A stretch of DNA of 64,000 nucleotides from Octopus vulgaris (GCA_951406725.2 OX597818.1:119536001-119600000), one strand, 5' to 3'. Positions 1 to 13,329 are shown, numbered from the stretch's first letter. Made by a program: numbers and translations. Notes: generated from the sequence alone by a model not told the origin.

Positions 1-287
1 GAATACTTTAAACACATCAATATATCCGTGTAATGAGCATGTATATATGTATGGGTACATACATATATGTAATGTTTTTGTGTATGTGTGTAAGCATATG
101 TATACATATGTACAGAAGCGGCTCTATATATTCATATACATGTTAAAGGGAGTAAGTGCTTAAGACTACAAAACACCCAGAGTACTGAGTCAAAACATCA
201 AACAACATCCATGTCGTGTTCGTGAGAATTATGGAAGCAACTGTCCAAATTAAGAGAGAGCTATTGAAATTTCTAACAGTGGTGGTT

Positions 288-664
288 GCTTACGAACCAG
301 ATGGTTCTGGGTTCAGTCCCACTGCGTGGCACCTTGGACAAGTGTCTTCTACTATAGCCTTGGGCCGACCAAAGCCTTGTGAGTGGATTTCGTAGATGGA
401 AATTGAAAGAAGCCCATCGTATATATGTATATATGTATGTGTATGTGTTTGTTTGCCTGTGTTTGTCCCCCCCCCCCCAGCATCACTTGACAACCGATGT
501 TGGTGTGTTTACGTCCCCGTCACTTGGCGGTTCGGCAAAAGAGACCGATAGAATAAGTACTATGCTTACAAAGAATAAGTCCTGGGGTCGATTTGCTCGA
601 CTATAAGGCGGTTCTCCAGCATGGCCGCAGTCAAATGACTGAAACAAGGAAAAGAGTAAAAGAA
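288..664 (+). mobile_element. tRNA-derived SINE family A (Nin/Deu-like core, internal TA/TG tract, LINE-derived 3' tail), slightly 5'-truncated
   Basis: B-box-like GGTTCAGTCCC, core CCTTGGACAAGTGTC...GAAAGAAGCCC, tail GGCGGTTCTCCAGCATGGCCGCAGTCAAATGACTGAAAC...AAGAGTAAAAG; many near-identical copies in the window. Confidence 0.9.
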
Positions 665-669
665 TCAGA

Positions 670-2300
670 AACGTCAACGACAAAGGCAAGCGCAAAGAAG
701 GATAACTGGATTAACGCACTCAATGTGGGTGCAGACGAACTGCGTGACTGACAGCACGCTAGATGCTGTGGAATTCCTCTTTATTATCATAGAGGAAGTG
801 TACACATTCCGTGTGGTATACTAAATTCTTAGGCACCTTATCTAATGCAGGGTCCCAGTACTGGGTAGCTAACTTCATCGAATTATCGTGTCAGTGTTGA
901 AGAGAAGGATGCTACATTGTCACTCAATAAAAGGACAAGAGTACAGTAACTACTGTAAGACTACAAGACAAACCTTTTTCAGGATATCGTTGGATAAATC
1001 TTCGTCTGTGTGATCATGAACAGATTTTGTTATATGGTTGAAAATATATTCCCGACTCTCAATGTGGTTTTCAGATCAGGATGTTTTACAAATTACATAA
1101 TCTTCTCTCGTTGACAGCTACAGAGAACCTCAGACCCCAAACTCTACGTCGCTTCTATTGATTTCACATAGGTCTTTCATCCTTGTGAGTATTGATAGTC
1201 ACATCTAAAGAATCCACGATTAGATAGCTTGAGCATTCAGCACAGGGATGAATGGTATCAATTCATTTCACGTCTATTCTTCGGGGATATAAATTATCTT
1301 TAACGGAGTAGAGCAATGTTGTGTACTTGTTCACTACTTACTAAGCATTTATGTCTCCTTCATACTGAAGGGCGCGTTTGGAACAGCAATCTTCATAGTC
1401 TTCTCAATGTGTATGGGCTGAAGAGAAAACCCAAAGTATTCTCGTTGTTTGAAGGCTTCGCAAACCTTTTGAAGAGCAACTTTTGAAGAGCAACTTATGA
1501 ACAGCATGAATATATCCAACGAGTTAGACCAAGACACTGAGTAGTCCCTTATAATACTATCAATAATTACGAGGTGGAGTTAATATTATTTAACAATGCC
1601 ATCACGGCTAGTTCCACACTAGCCCTTGGGAAGAAGAGATTAATAGGTAGTACAGCTTCAACATAGAGTATACTGATAAAAAGTGTTTATGTGAACAACA
1701 GGCTGACGATACACATCGTTTGCATTCTGCAGGTACTTTATCCATTCTGCAGGTACTTTATCCATTCTGCAGGTACTTTATCCATTCTGCAGGTACTTTA
1801 TCCAATACTTCCTTTGTTTAAGACATTAATCTGTGATTTGAGTGAGATATCGATGCTGTTTCTGGCTAGAGGTGCGACCACGTAGACACTCCTCGTGATA
1901 CCCTGAGATACTTTATCCGTAGAGTAACTTGGAGACTCTGCTCCAGACAAGAGTGGTGATTTAACAGCTTGTAACATCACAGCATGTGATATGTTCTGGA
2001 TATCAAGTAGACTAACAATTTTGACAGCTCTACGACCATAGACCCAACCTTGTCTCATCCGGCTCTAGCAATGCGACCTCTGCATGCATGTTGTAAGTCA
2101 GTTAATTGGCTCCCAAATCATCTCTTCTAAGGGGAGCTGATACTCGATAAGAAAGCAAAGTTATCTAAAAATATAACGTTAAATCACCCAAAATGATGGC
2201 CGAGATGTGGAGGAATATTGTAAACTATCGCTCTCGGAGGTGAATGGATATCTTCAGTCCAAAATGTTAGTCAGGCAGAACTATCATCAAAAACGCACTA
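670..2300 (+). mobile_element. Highly decayed RTE-clade LINE (RT and C-terminal remnants)
   Basis: Frame-broken motifs resembling DATIV, PDSQCGFRS, LYVAxIDFT (about 910-1190) and LPNHLF*GEL (about 2110-2140), typical of RTE/BovB ORF2. Confidence 0.65.
1723..1804. repeat. Perfect 20-bp tandem repeat x4 (CATTCTGCAGGTACTTTATC)
   Basis: Read directly; no spacers between units. Confidence 0.95.
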
Positions 2301-2594
2301 TCCGTGACCAATTGTATTTTACCGGCGTTTGTATATTTAGAAATACAGAAATCAATATTTCCTAACTTGGTTTAAAGCATTGGTCCGTGAAGGTACTCTG
2401 TTGGTCACCACTGGGTTTATTTGTTTTTGTTTCTTTACGTTTTTCTTTTTTGACAGCCTATTGGATCATTTAGGTCCCCATGGTCCAATACTTCCTTTGT
2501 TTACGACATTAATCTGTGATTTGAGTGAGATATCGCTGCTGTTTCTGGCTAGAGGTGCGACCACGTAGACACTTCTCGTGATACCCTGAGATAC
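1801..2594 (+). repeat. About 110-bp direct repeat pair (1801-1911 and 2483-2593)
   Basis: TCCAATACTTCCTTTGTTTA...GTGATACCCTGAGATAC occurs twice with only about 3 substitutions. Confidence 0.9.
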
Positions 2595-2859
2595 ATATTC
2601 GTTCTACAGAGATGCTTTTGTAACTTTATTTTCAGAGTAGGATCCTGTTCCATTGCAGTTGTTTTGCATAATGGCGTCTAAGACTTTAAAAAAAATACAT
2701 AAAGTGCAATAACAGCATTAACATGTTGCGTTGTGGCACTGACTAAAATATTCCATCAAAGTAACCACTGAAAAAAAAAGGCGTATATGTCTCTCCCCCT
2801 TGCCTCCCCCTCTCTCTCTCATTCTCTATCTATTTATATACTTATATATGTATGTACAT

Positions 2860-2922
<63 letters not shown>

Positions 2923-3904
2923 CGTATATATAGATAAAAGCATATGTATATTATATATGTATATGTATATCTATGTATATCTATGCATATATATATAAAT
3001 GTGTGTGTGTGTGTGTGTTAATTTTGTCTAATACTAAAATCGTAACGCTTCACATCCCGTTTCAATTTTGGAAGCTCGCATTTCTGTTACGATAGAAGCA
3101 GCCATGGGTCTGGTGGAAAGAAAATCAATGACAATTCACAAGAATATGGAAGATAGGAATCTATAAAACCAATGAAATTCTTTCACGCCAAAATCAGTCA
3201 AAGAAACAAAAAAATACTAAAAACTTAGAAACTTGGGCGGGGGGGAATTATTGAGTGAAACTTTTTTTTAAAGATATCGGAAATAACATTAACACAATCT
3301 TCAGTCAATTAATGGCGTATAAATTTAAAATAAAGTTTAAGGATCACATAATTTGTAATTTTTTTTCTTTTTTCAGCTTATTATATACGAAAATATTTCT
3401 TTCGGCCTTGTCAGGATTGTTTTGTCTTTAATAAAATTCGGAGGAAATATCTTCACATGTGTTATTTATAAGGAAATATTGAAACTAACTTTAAAAGGTA
3501 AAAAAAGAAATACCATTAATTTTTGTGGAAATCAATACGGTAAAGTATAATTTTCTTTAGGATCATCTGTTCAATACGGATGACTACCAAACATTATGGA
3601 TTCCAGATTTTGCAGAAAAGTTGGTCGAAAAATAAAGAACATAGCTAGATTTAATGGACTAAATTTAAGCTCTTCCCTTATACGAAAGCTGGAATGTCTT
3701 TAATTATATTTCGGTTCATCAGACCTAAGATTAGTACGTATGAAACGGCTACTCATAAAAAATTGCCGGATATTTCAGTCCGGAGCGGAGCAACTGTTTG
3801 GAAGCCAGAGTTAACAAAATATAGCCGTTCCCATAGCTTTATCGTTATATTTGTTTGTTAGCTTTCATGTGTGTTGCATTACATTTTCCCTTTTCCACCG
3901 CTAA

Positions 3905-4155
3905 CTCTTTTACTCTTTTACTTGTTTGACTCATTTGACTGTGGCCATGCTGGAGCACCGCCTTTAGTCGATCGAGTAAATCGACCCCAGGACTTATTCT
4001 TTGTAAGGCTAGTACTTATTCTATCGGTCTCTTTGCCGAACCGCTAAGTTACGGGGACGTAAACACACCACCATCGGTTGTCAAGCGATGTTGGGGGGGA
4101 CAAACGCAGACACACAAACATATACACACACATACATATATATACACACACATAC

Positions 4156-4210
<55 letters not shown>

Positions 4211-4378
4211 TATACGATGGGCTTCTTTCAGTTTCCGTCTACCAAATCCACTCACAAGGTTTTGGTCTGCCCGAGGCTATAGTAGAAGACACTTGGCCAA
4301 GGTGCCACGCAGTGGGACTGAACCCGGAACCATGTGGTTCATAAGCAAGCTACTTACCACACAGTCACTCCTACGCCT
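3905..4378 (-). mobile_element. SINE family A, full length
   Basis: Reverse complement of family A from head GGCGTAGGAGTGACTGTGTGG to the AAAGAGT tail. Confidence 0.92.
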
Positions 4379-4418
4379 ATGTTCGAAACTGATCATATAT
4401 TAATATTATTTTTTTATT

Positions 4419-4600
4419 CTTTGTTTCAGCCTTGGACAGAGGCCATGCTGATTCACCGGCTTCTGGTGTTTAATTGAACAAATCAATATCAGTACTTATA
4501 TTTTAAGCCTGGCGCTTATTCTACTGTTGTCGAAGGTGTCACACAGTGGGATTGAACCCAAGACTACATGATTGGAAAGCAACGTTCTTAGCCACACAGT
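4419..4600 (-). mobile_element. Older, internally deleted SINE A relative
   Basis: Degenerate tail (TGTTTCAG...GGCCATGCTG) joined to degenerate head (GGGATTGAACCC...CCACACAG). Confidence 0.6.
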
Positions 4601-5118
4601 TACGTTTGGATCTATGAAATCATTTTGTATAATATTTTAGTACTGTCCGTGATGGGGCCATTTTTAAATAGATTTAAACAACAGGGTGATCCCAGAACTA
4701 AAACTAACTGAATTTTAGCAGAATACAAACAGACTAATTTTTTTCTGATACTTGGAAATCTACAGAACAATTCATAAGAAACAAATTCATCTATGCTTAA
4801 GGCGAAACCCAAGAACATATGAGTCTTAGAGAAATAGACTAGCAGCTACAATTCTTTCAGCTTCAGGTAGCCTTGTGTATGATGTAACTGTCGACAGAAG
4901 AATAAGTCTCTTCCTCCATATCTTCCTGATTTATTGAGGAATGATTGATTGCACGATACATTCTGTGCTGCTATAGTACATGTATCTGCATTTTTTTAAT
5001 TACAGGTTCTATTAATCCATAATGTTTTAGAGATTAGACAAGTCAATAACTAGTGGATCTGCGATATATTCGTGAATTGCGTAATTTCCTTGGAGACTGC
5101 TATCATATCTCCATTAAC

Positions 5119-6235
5119 CTCCATTAACACACAAATAGTGAGCGGTGTTCCGCAGGGCACTGTTCTGGGACCACTACTGTTCATAATGGCCCTCTCAGAC
5201 ATGCCCTCAGCCACGCAGAGAGCCACGATCACAAGTTATGCAGATGATACAAAAGTTTCACAGGCAATACAGAACCCTGAGGACACTAAACACCTGCAAT
5301 GTGAGCTGGACGAAATATACAAGTGGGCTGAAAAGAATAGCATGCAGTTCAATGCTGGAAAGTTTCAAGCTTTATACTATCAGCATGCAAAACTGAATGC
5401 AATACCCAATGAATACACTGGACCCGGAGGGATTGCAATCCCAGAGGCACAATCAGTGCGTGACCTGGGTATTCACATGAGTGATGACGCGACCTTTCAT
5501 GTACATGTTGCTAAACTGACAATGAAATGTAGACGGCTGGCTGGATGGATTCTTAGAACCTTTAGAACAAGAGAACAAGAAACCATGATGGTTCTCTGGA
5601 AGACACTTGTCCTAAGCCACTTTGACTATTGCTCTCAGCTATGGTCACCATCCAGTGTCAAGTTGATCACAGAACTTGAGGCGATCCAACGAAGCTACAC
5701 AAAGAAGATAGCCTCTATGCAGAATGTAAGCTACTGGGAAAGACTCAAGAGATTAAAATTATATTCCCTGGAGCGTAGGCGGGAAAGATATGCCATAATA
5801 TCCATCTGGAAGATCCTGGAGGGAAGTGTCCTGAACTTTGGCATCGAGAGTTACGTAAATGCCAGAACTGGGCGCCACTGCGTGGTGCCTAGGACTCCAA
5901 ACCTGCCATCAAGATGTAGGACAAGATTCTGTGATAGCCTGGGCTTCCGAGGCCCACAACTCTTCAATATCCTCCCGAAGAACCTGAGAGACCTGCATGG
6001 GGTGGATACAGATGTCTTTAAAATGAAGCTGGATCTCTTCCTGTCAGGTGTCCCAGATGAACCAACTTCAAGGCAGGAGGGGCAGATGAGGGCAGCTGCA
6101 TCGAACTCTCTCATGCACCAAATAGCAGTTGCTAGAAAGCCTCCATGAAGTGAAACCAAGTAGCAACACCAAATGGCGGTGCCCCAGCATGGCCACAGCT
6201 CATAAGCTGAAACTAGAATCAATCAATCATATCAA
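5119..6235 (+). mobile_element. 5'-truncated L2/CR1-group (Crack/Daphne-like) LINE; uninterrupted RT C-terminal ORF to 6148
   Basis: [41 protein letters not shown]; short 3' UTR ending in (ATCA)n. Confidence 0.93.
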
Positions 6236-6580
6236 TAAATTTTTCGAAAAAGTTTATTCACAAGAAATATACTATCAAGGCGAAAACAAACTTTCCGCAT
6301 CCAACTATAATAATTAAAGAGAAATTCATTCCAAAACTAGATATGTGACCTCATTTTCAATCTATAGAGAATTAGTTAAATTTACAATGTGTGTGTTTGC
6401 GTATGTGTGTGTATGTGTGTGAGTGTGTGTGTATGTGTGCGTGAAGAGCCACTACGTAGGTTTACATTACAGACACACACACATACACACATATACATAG
6501 TACAACTACTGTGTTGATCTCTAAGAGAGAATTTAGAACTAGAATTTTTGCTTAAATTGGGTCCTCCCATAAATAATGAA

Positions 6581-7104
6581 AGGCCTTAGACTTAACTCTG
6601 CCACCTACATTGAGGTCCTGGAAACAATTGTTAAGGCCTGGATAGACAGTGTATGCAATGGAAGGCCATGTGTTTCAGTAAGACCCTACACTATCACACA
6701 TGGCTCTAGTAACACAGGAATAGATGGTTGAAAATTTTCTTGATCACATAACCCCCTAACATTTGGCATCCTAATTCCCCATATCTCACTCCATTTGACT
6801 ATTACATGTGGAGCGTTGAGAGACAGATCAATGAACACGCCCATCACACCAAAGGTTCTTTGAAAGTTGCCATAGTCAGACTAATGTCCAACACTAAGCA
6901 GGACCACTTGATTCGAACATGTAGATGGTTTATATCTCATATAGAAGCCGTTGGTGAAGCTGAAGGTGACTTTACTGAATAACGATATAGAAAAAAGGTT
7001 TATTTTTACCTTCATACAATTTTTTGATCAACAAATTCATTATCTGTTATTACGTATCTGTTTTTGTTAACATAAATCTGTCTTCAGATATGCTACTCAC
7101 CCTG
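6581..7104 (+). mobile_element. Tc1/mariner (maT/DD37D-like) transposase 3' remnant with right TIR
   Basis: Decayed GLRLNSATYIEVLETIVKAWI...VFQ*D...IWHPNSPYLTPFDYYMWS...IEAVGEAEGDFTE*; ends ...CTCACCCTG followed by TA. Confidence 0.85.
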
Positions 7105-7243
<139 letters not shown>

Positions 7244-9125
7244 AAAGTATGGATTTTTAGTTCACAGCCGAGACGGTAGTTATACAGCCATTGTAGATTT
7301 CCGATATAGCGGATATATATAAATTGTTAAAGAACAAAACATTAATTAAGGCAAGACAAATATCTCAATTAATATATGTTATTATTATTGGAAAAATTCG
7401 AAGTCTTACAGTTGAAATTCTGTCGCAATCTCAAAGCGATGAAAATATTTTGGTAAATGAAATTTAAATGTTGAAGTGAATCTAATGGTTTTGTGTGTTT
7501 TTAAATAGCTTATAAACACCTTCCACGCTGCTATTGTTTTTGTTTCAGCACACGATCTCAGATCAAGTCACTTTCTCTGCAAGTACATACATCTCCGAAA
7601 TTATATCTATATATATATATACACACATATATATTCAAAGTGTCCAGTAGCTAATTGTGCTCGCTAATGAGTCATCATTTATCTTTTTTTGCTATTTCAG
7701 GTTTAATTTATGTCTGTTTGAAGACAACCCAAAGGAACCTTCTAAACTGACAACTACATCAGCTAAGTAAAGTACAGAAAAAGGAAAAGAAATACCTTGT
7801 CCGAGTACACATTTTGTTACCTGTTCCAGGAATCGAAACCACAGCGTTAAGACCGTGATCCCGACAATCTAACCAATAGTTCATGTGCCTACCCACGCAG
7901 CTACACACACACACACACACATACACACACTCACGCACATGCACATAGAGTATATATGTATAGATACATACCCGTATATGCAGAAACATTGGTGTATTTA
8001 TGGGTTTGTATAAATGTGCATATTTTAGCGAAATCGTGTTTCTGTAAGTCAATAGAAATATATATAATATGTAATTTACATTATATTTATATGTAAAAAT
8101 CCTGTCGCAGCGATGCCAAAGTATTCTATATGTAAATGAAAATTATATAAAGTGATGAATGCGACGTGAATATACATATATCTTTTCCTGTATATATGTG
8201 TATATATTTATATGTTTGGTTGCCTGTGAACAAGTATCTATTCTTGCATAGGAATGTTCAAGAATACTGTGGATGCGAATTAGCATTATGTTTGTGATTA
8301 TGCTGACCTATATATCTGGGTCAATGAAATAATATTTGCGCGTGATTCCACTTAATGTTTTGACGTCTGTATATGTACGTATATGAACGCTTGCGTTTCT
8401 GTATAGCTTTGTGCTCAACTGAGTTTAAATTTTCAAAGTAATTAATTTGCTTGTATATCTGAATTGTGAATGCATAACTTTCTGGTTCTGTCTATCTATC
8501 TATCTACCTCCCTCTCTACCTACCTACCTATCTATCTATCTATCTATCTATCTATTTATCTATCCATCTATCTGTATATATACATATATATACATATACA
8601 TATCCCTCTCTCACTCTTTCTATACACAGACACACATACACGCATATATATATATACATATATAAATCTAAATTAATAAGGGTGAAAAATTGAATATTAA
8701 TTTGATTAATATCAATTTAAAACCAGTGGTCTAGCAAATATATATGTATATATATATTCCTATCTATCAATCAGTCTCTATGCGTATCTATCAGTCGTGT
8801 ATATTTCATATGTGTCTGCGTATTTGTGTATATCTGTATCGATCAAAATATTGTTTATGCATTTGTATAATTTCATAGATGAAATTTCGGTCTTAATGGA
8901 AATTCTCAAGAATTATGGCCTTTGTTTATGCTGAACTCTCGTGGAATGATTTAAGTCAAAGACAAAGGGAGTTGTTTTTACTTCTCTATATTGTTTATCA
9001 AATTATCCCGCTCCCAAACATGGTGTGCTGCTAATTATAGCGTATTTATTTATGAACGTGGTTGTTTTATCTTCAAGTGTCGTAGTCATATGTATTTTCA
9101 CACACACATATTTCATATATATATA

Positions 9126-9484
9126 TATATTATATTAAATTAGAGACAAAACCACTATTAGGCAAATCATACAATGAAAAACTTAAGCCAATACATAAGA
9201 TTATTTAATTTATATAATTTAAATATATAACAAAATTATTTAAAAAATAATCGTAGTGTTATATTAATTATATATATTATTATTAATTATTTTTTAATAA
9301 TTTTGTTATATATTTAAATTATATAAATTAAATAATCTTATGTATTGGCTTAAGTTTTTCATTGTATGATTTGCCTAATAGTGGTTTTGTCTCTAATTTA
9401 ATATAATATAATATTTTACTATAAAATTGGATTCAATCCTAAATCTGATTTTTCCCTGTAAGTTTGGATTTATTCCCTAATATT

Positions 9485-9490
<6 letters not shown>
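9126..9490. mobile_element. Penelope-like terminal fragment with about 120-bp inverted duplication, inside (TA)n
   Basis: 9126-9251 is the near-perfect reverse complement of about 9287-9410; same sequence family as 21548 onward. Confidence 0.7.
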
Positions 9491-9521
<31 letters not shown>

Positions 9522-9528
9522 TATTTTC

Positions 9529-9845
9529 GTGGCACTCCGTCAGTTACGACGACGAGAACAGCCTGCTCGTGAAATCAACGTGCAAGTAGCTGAGAGTAGA
9601 TTCAGCGTGACAGAGAGTGTGACAAGGCTGGCCCTTTTGAAATACAGGTACAACAGAAACAGGAAGAAAGAGTGGGAGAAAGTCGTGGTGACAGAATACA
9701 GCAGGGTTCACCACTTCCCCCTGGCGGAGCCTTGTGAAGCTTTAGGTGTTTTCGCTCAGTAAACACTCACAACGCCTGGTCTGGGAATCGAAACCGTGAT
9801 CCTATGACCGCGAGCCTGCTGCCCTAAACACTGGGCCATTGCGCC
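9529..9845 (-). mobile_element. tRNA(Arg-like)-headed SINE family C (head C + tail X)
   Basis: Reverse complement GGCGCAATGGCCCAGTG...GTTTCGATTCCC...TATTTCAAAAGGGCCAGCCTTGTCAC...GACGGAGTGCC; matches 54736-55087. Confidence 0.88.
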
Positions 9846-10807
9846 CAAAGAATATAAATGCAGATATTTATACATAACGATATGAACAACATATATCCAC
9901 ACGAATATATCCTACTGAACCGAGATTTTATGGAAATTCCTGGCTTTTCCACTCATCAACTATTATCTATCCTCCACGTAGATTCAGTATTTACTGTATA
10001 GCGTATAGGTTAAGCCTTTAGATAAACTGCAATTCTAGGAATGCAGTCTATGGTGCACAGAGGGATAGTGCAAAAACAGGACAGCGATATACCCTGGAGA
10101 GACAGTCCGTAGCATAGAAAAGGGCATAAAGAATCACTGACGGGACTCAAGAAGAGGAAAAGCTCGTAAGTGCTATAGCAACATGCTAAACAAAAAAAAA
10201 TGGGGGCTTTATAGATAACATAGAAGTTAAGATCCAACCTGTATATAGAACTGACACAACACTCAAATACATAACAAAGGTCACAGACATAATAGAAAGG
10301 AGTCCGAGGGTCAACAGAAAAACGTGAATGCAATTGTAACACACTCTACGCCACCCAACAATCTGACAACTTAAGACGGAATAGGGCGAAACAGATCAAA
10401 ACAAAACACAAGGACGACTGATATAAGCAGTATAATATATAAACCCATACACACGCATTCAAGACAGACATACACATGCATACACAGAGACCTAGATACA
10501 TACACACACACACATATATATTATAGTGGAGAAGGCTAGCCACTGGATTTGGTTAAAAAGAGACGATGAGCGATGGCTAGAAGTATATTGAGTTCTTCAT
10601 AACCAGCTGATCTAGCAAGCGAGGGCCTCATATCAGTGAGGGGGCCAGTGTGCATTGATGCCGTCGAGAGGTAGGCCCCGAAACGGCGTGCATTCTCTCC
10701 TGATGACCCTATACACTTGCTAGCTTCCGGTATACGGAGCTTTTAACTGGTAGCACTTGCATGTGCAAGTTGTTTGCAAGACATATAGATATATATATAT
10801 ATACACA

Positions 10808-11160
10808 CGAACAAAAGTCCCTCCGCCGTCCAATGGACGGTGCTGAGTTGTCAAACATTTAAACCAAATTTTCTGAAAACATCTTGTCCGACCGTCCCAT
10901 TGGCCTCCCCTTTGAGAAACACTGATTTAACCTAAATTTGAGACAACAGCTGATGTACTTGTGCATACAAATGCACGTTCCCACGGCTTTATCGATCGCA
11001 TTCTCATCTGGAATCGATTTTTGCAATTTTTTCAAGACTTATACACGCCCTGATACCGTCGGTATCTACATATCAAATTTGAGCGCAATCGGATGGAGGA
11101 TGCCCGAGATCCTAGAGGACACACACACACAGACAGAACGGATTTTATATAATATATATA
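10808..11160 (-). mobile_element. Non-autonomous Helitron/Helentron (DINE-1/HINE-like)
   Basis: Minus strand begins TATATAAAATCCGTTCTGTCTGTGTG...CCGATT...AAATTTG; subterminal GC hairpin CCGTCCA-A-TGGACGG near 10826-10840. Confidence 0.6.
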
Positions 11161-11959
11161 TATATATAAAAACACATACATGCATAAAGTACAGTTATTC
11201 GTGAGGGATTATCAATCCAGACAAAATACTTTATAAGCTCTTTGTTAATACACCAGGCTAACAATATTGTTTAAATCAGTAAAGAATGTGAAGTATTCAT
11301 GTAGCAGGGTTCGAGTTTATAACCCATCACCATTCAAAATTATAAATCCATAGTTGTTTTTCAGTGAAACTGGTATATATAATGCTTATTACATGTTTCT
11401 TTAATGATGTAATTTTGGCTTTCAGCTGTTTCCAGTAACCATTATAGGTTCGTTATTGATAAGTTTACTCAATCCGTTCAGTAGAAAACTGAACAACCTA
11501 ACAAAACAGAACACAGAAAGAATGGTATAGATACGAGAGGAGTAAAAAGAGGCAATTAGGATCAGTATACGTGAAAGATAGATAAAGAGGAAAGGGGAAG
11601 TGAAGTCATGATTTGGAAGAGAAGGACTAATGTGAAGAGAAGGTCAAAGACAAGAGAGGAAGGAATAGAAAGACCAGAAAAGGGGATGCTTATTATAGCA
11701 GAAGAGAGCAGAGGATGACCGAAATAAAGGAAAAGACAGTCATGAAAAACATTGGTGTTTGTAAAAGGGGTCATCACACGGGAAAATATCTGCATTTTTT
11801 TTTTTTTTGCATGTTTTCAGGTCTGATACTCAGCAAATATTGTGTCTAAGTTTGATATACACCATTTACGTACGTGGTTAAGTTAAATATTTAATATTTG
11901 ATCATTTGTACAATCATGCATGAAATATCAGCGTAACTATATTATGAAGGGAAGGCTGG

Positions 11960-12657
11960 GAAAGCTTTGGTGATATTGGATATAAAATAAAAATGGAGGG
12001 AGATGTGTGAGGTTTAAATAAAATAATATTTAAAACCAAACACATTTGAAGGTCGAATATAATTATAAATTAAATTAGATTAAAAGGATCTTCTTAAAAA
12101 ATTAAACCATTAAATAGATTAAGGATTAAAATTTAGGGCTAAAATTAAAATTGTGAAATCAAATTAAAGCAAATTAAAAATTAAAAGTGTTTTAAAAAAA
12201 TATACAAAAACGCATAAAAAATGCAAAATATATTAAAAAAAAGAGAAAAAGGAAAAAGAAAGGAAAAAGTAAATCAATAATAAGAAATAAATTAAATGAA
12301 TAAATGAAATAAATTTTTTTAAATTTTATATTATTTTATTTATTTTTTATTATTGTTTTATTATTACTTTTTCTTTTTCTTTTTTTATATTTTTTTAATA
12401 TTGTTCATATTTTGTTAAAACTCTTTTAATTCTTTTAATATTTAATTTGCTTTAATCTAATTTCATGATTTTGTTTTTAAGTTTTATTTCTTAATCTATT
12501 TAATAGATTAATTTTGTTTTAATTTTTTTAATTTAATCTAAAGTTAGATTCGGCCTTCAATTTTATTTGGTTTTAAATAATTCCATTTGGTTTCATTTTG
12601 TTTTAAAGTCACACTTCTCCCTGTATCTCTATTCCATATCCAATCCCACGAGAGTTT
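11960..12657. repeat. About 700-bp degenerate inverted repeat (fold-back) with A-rich left arm and T-rich right arm
   Basis: ATTGGATAT...AGGGAGATGTGTGA...TTTAAAACCAAA...TTGAAGGTCGAAT pairs with ATTCGGCCTTCAA...TTTGGTTTTAAA...TCACACTTCTCCCT...ATATCCAAT; centre about 12315. Confidence 0.85.
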
Positions 12658-13329
12658 TCTAAGAAAATCGGGATCTTCGTCGTCATTGACTGTAGAAACC
12701 ATAATTAATGGAACCGATGCAGAATACTATAACAGAAACGAGACCAAAATCTCTGCAATTGCATTTGCTAAAAATTTCGGGCATGGAATTAAGTAGTGTT
12801 GTGGAATTTGGGGACCTGAAAAGAATGTGCGATCTTTCAGCTAAGAATAACATGCATCACTTTGATTCATGTATATACGCCGTAGGTTTCTCATCAATTT
12901 TCTACTTGATTCTGTGTGGTAAGAATTTGGTCTTCAGATCCCATACATGGCTATTCGACTAAGAGGGTTTACCTATATCAATGTGACAGAAAGAAGATCG
13001 AAAGAAGATTGAAGAAAGAAAGAAAGGAATAGGGTGAAAATATGCAAGTAAAGAGAGAGAGAGAGGTGGAGCAGACAGACAGAAAGGAATATAGAGAGTG
13101 AAAAAAAAAAAACGAAAACTGAATTTAAAAACCTAAAGGACAGAAAACAGAGAGGGACATTTTTACTCCCTTTGTGTTTCTTTTGTCTCTCCGTATTTAC
13201 TTGCTCTCTTTTACTATTACTTCTCCCTTTCTTTTTCACTCCCCCTCTCTCTACCACAATCACCATCACCGTGGCTCAGTCACGGAATTCTTTCTCCCCA
13301 TTCTGTCTTTCCAATTGAGAATTTCATAC

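Noticed and set aside
1723-1804. Possible CRISPR-like array
   Set aside because: Head-to-tail units without spacers, in a eukaryotic context with no cas genes.
3377-3635. Two exon-like segments, one reading LWIPDF like the Cys-loop receptor WxPD motif
   Set aside because: A stop follows within a few codons, the splice phases do not join, and no other receptor motifs are present.
5851-6222. Antisense ORF over the LINE
   Set aside because: Shadow ORF of the RT coding strand.
11960-12657. Strand-specific G-U bias in the fold-back that would indicate selected RNA structure
   Set aside because: Inspected mismatches were roughly balanced between the two strands.
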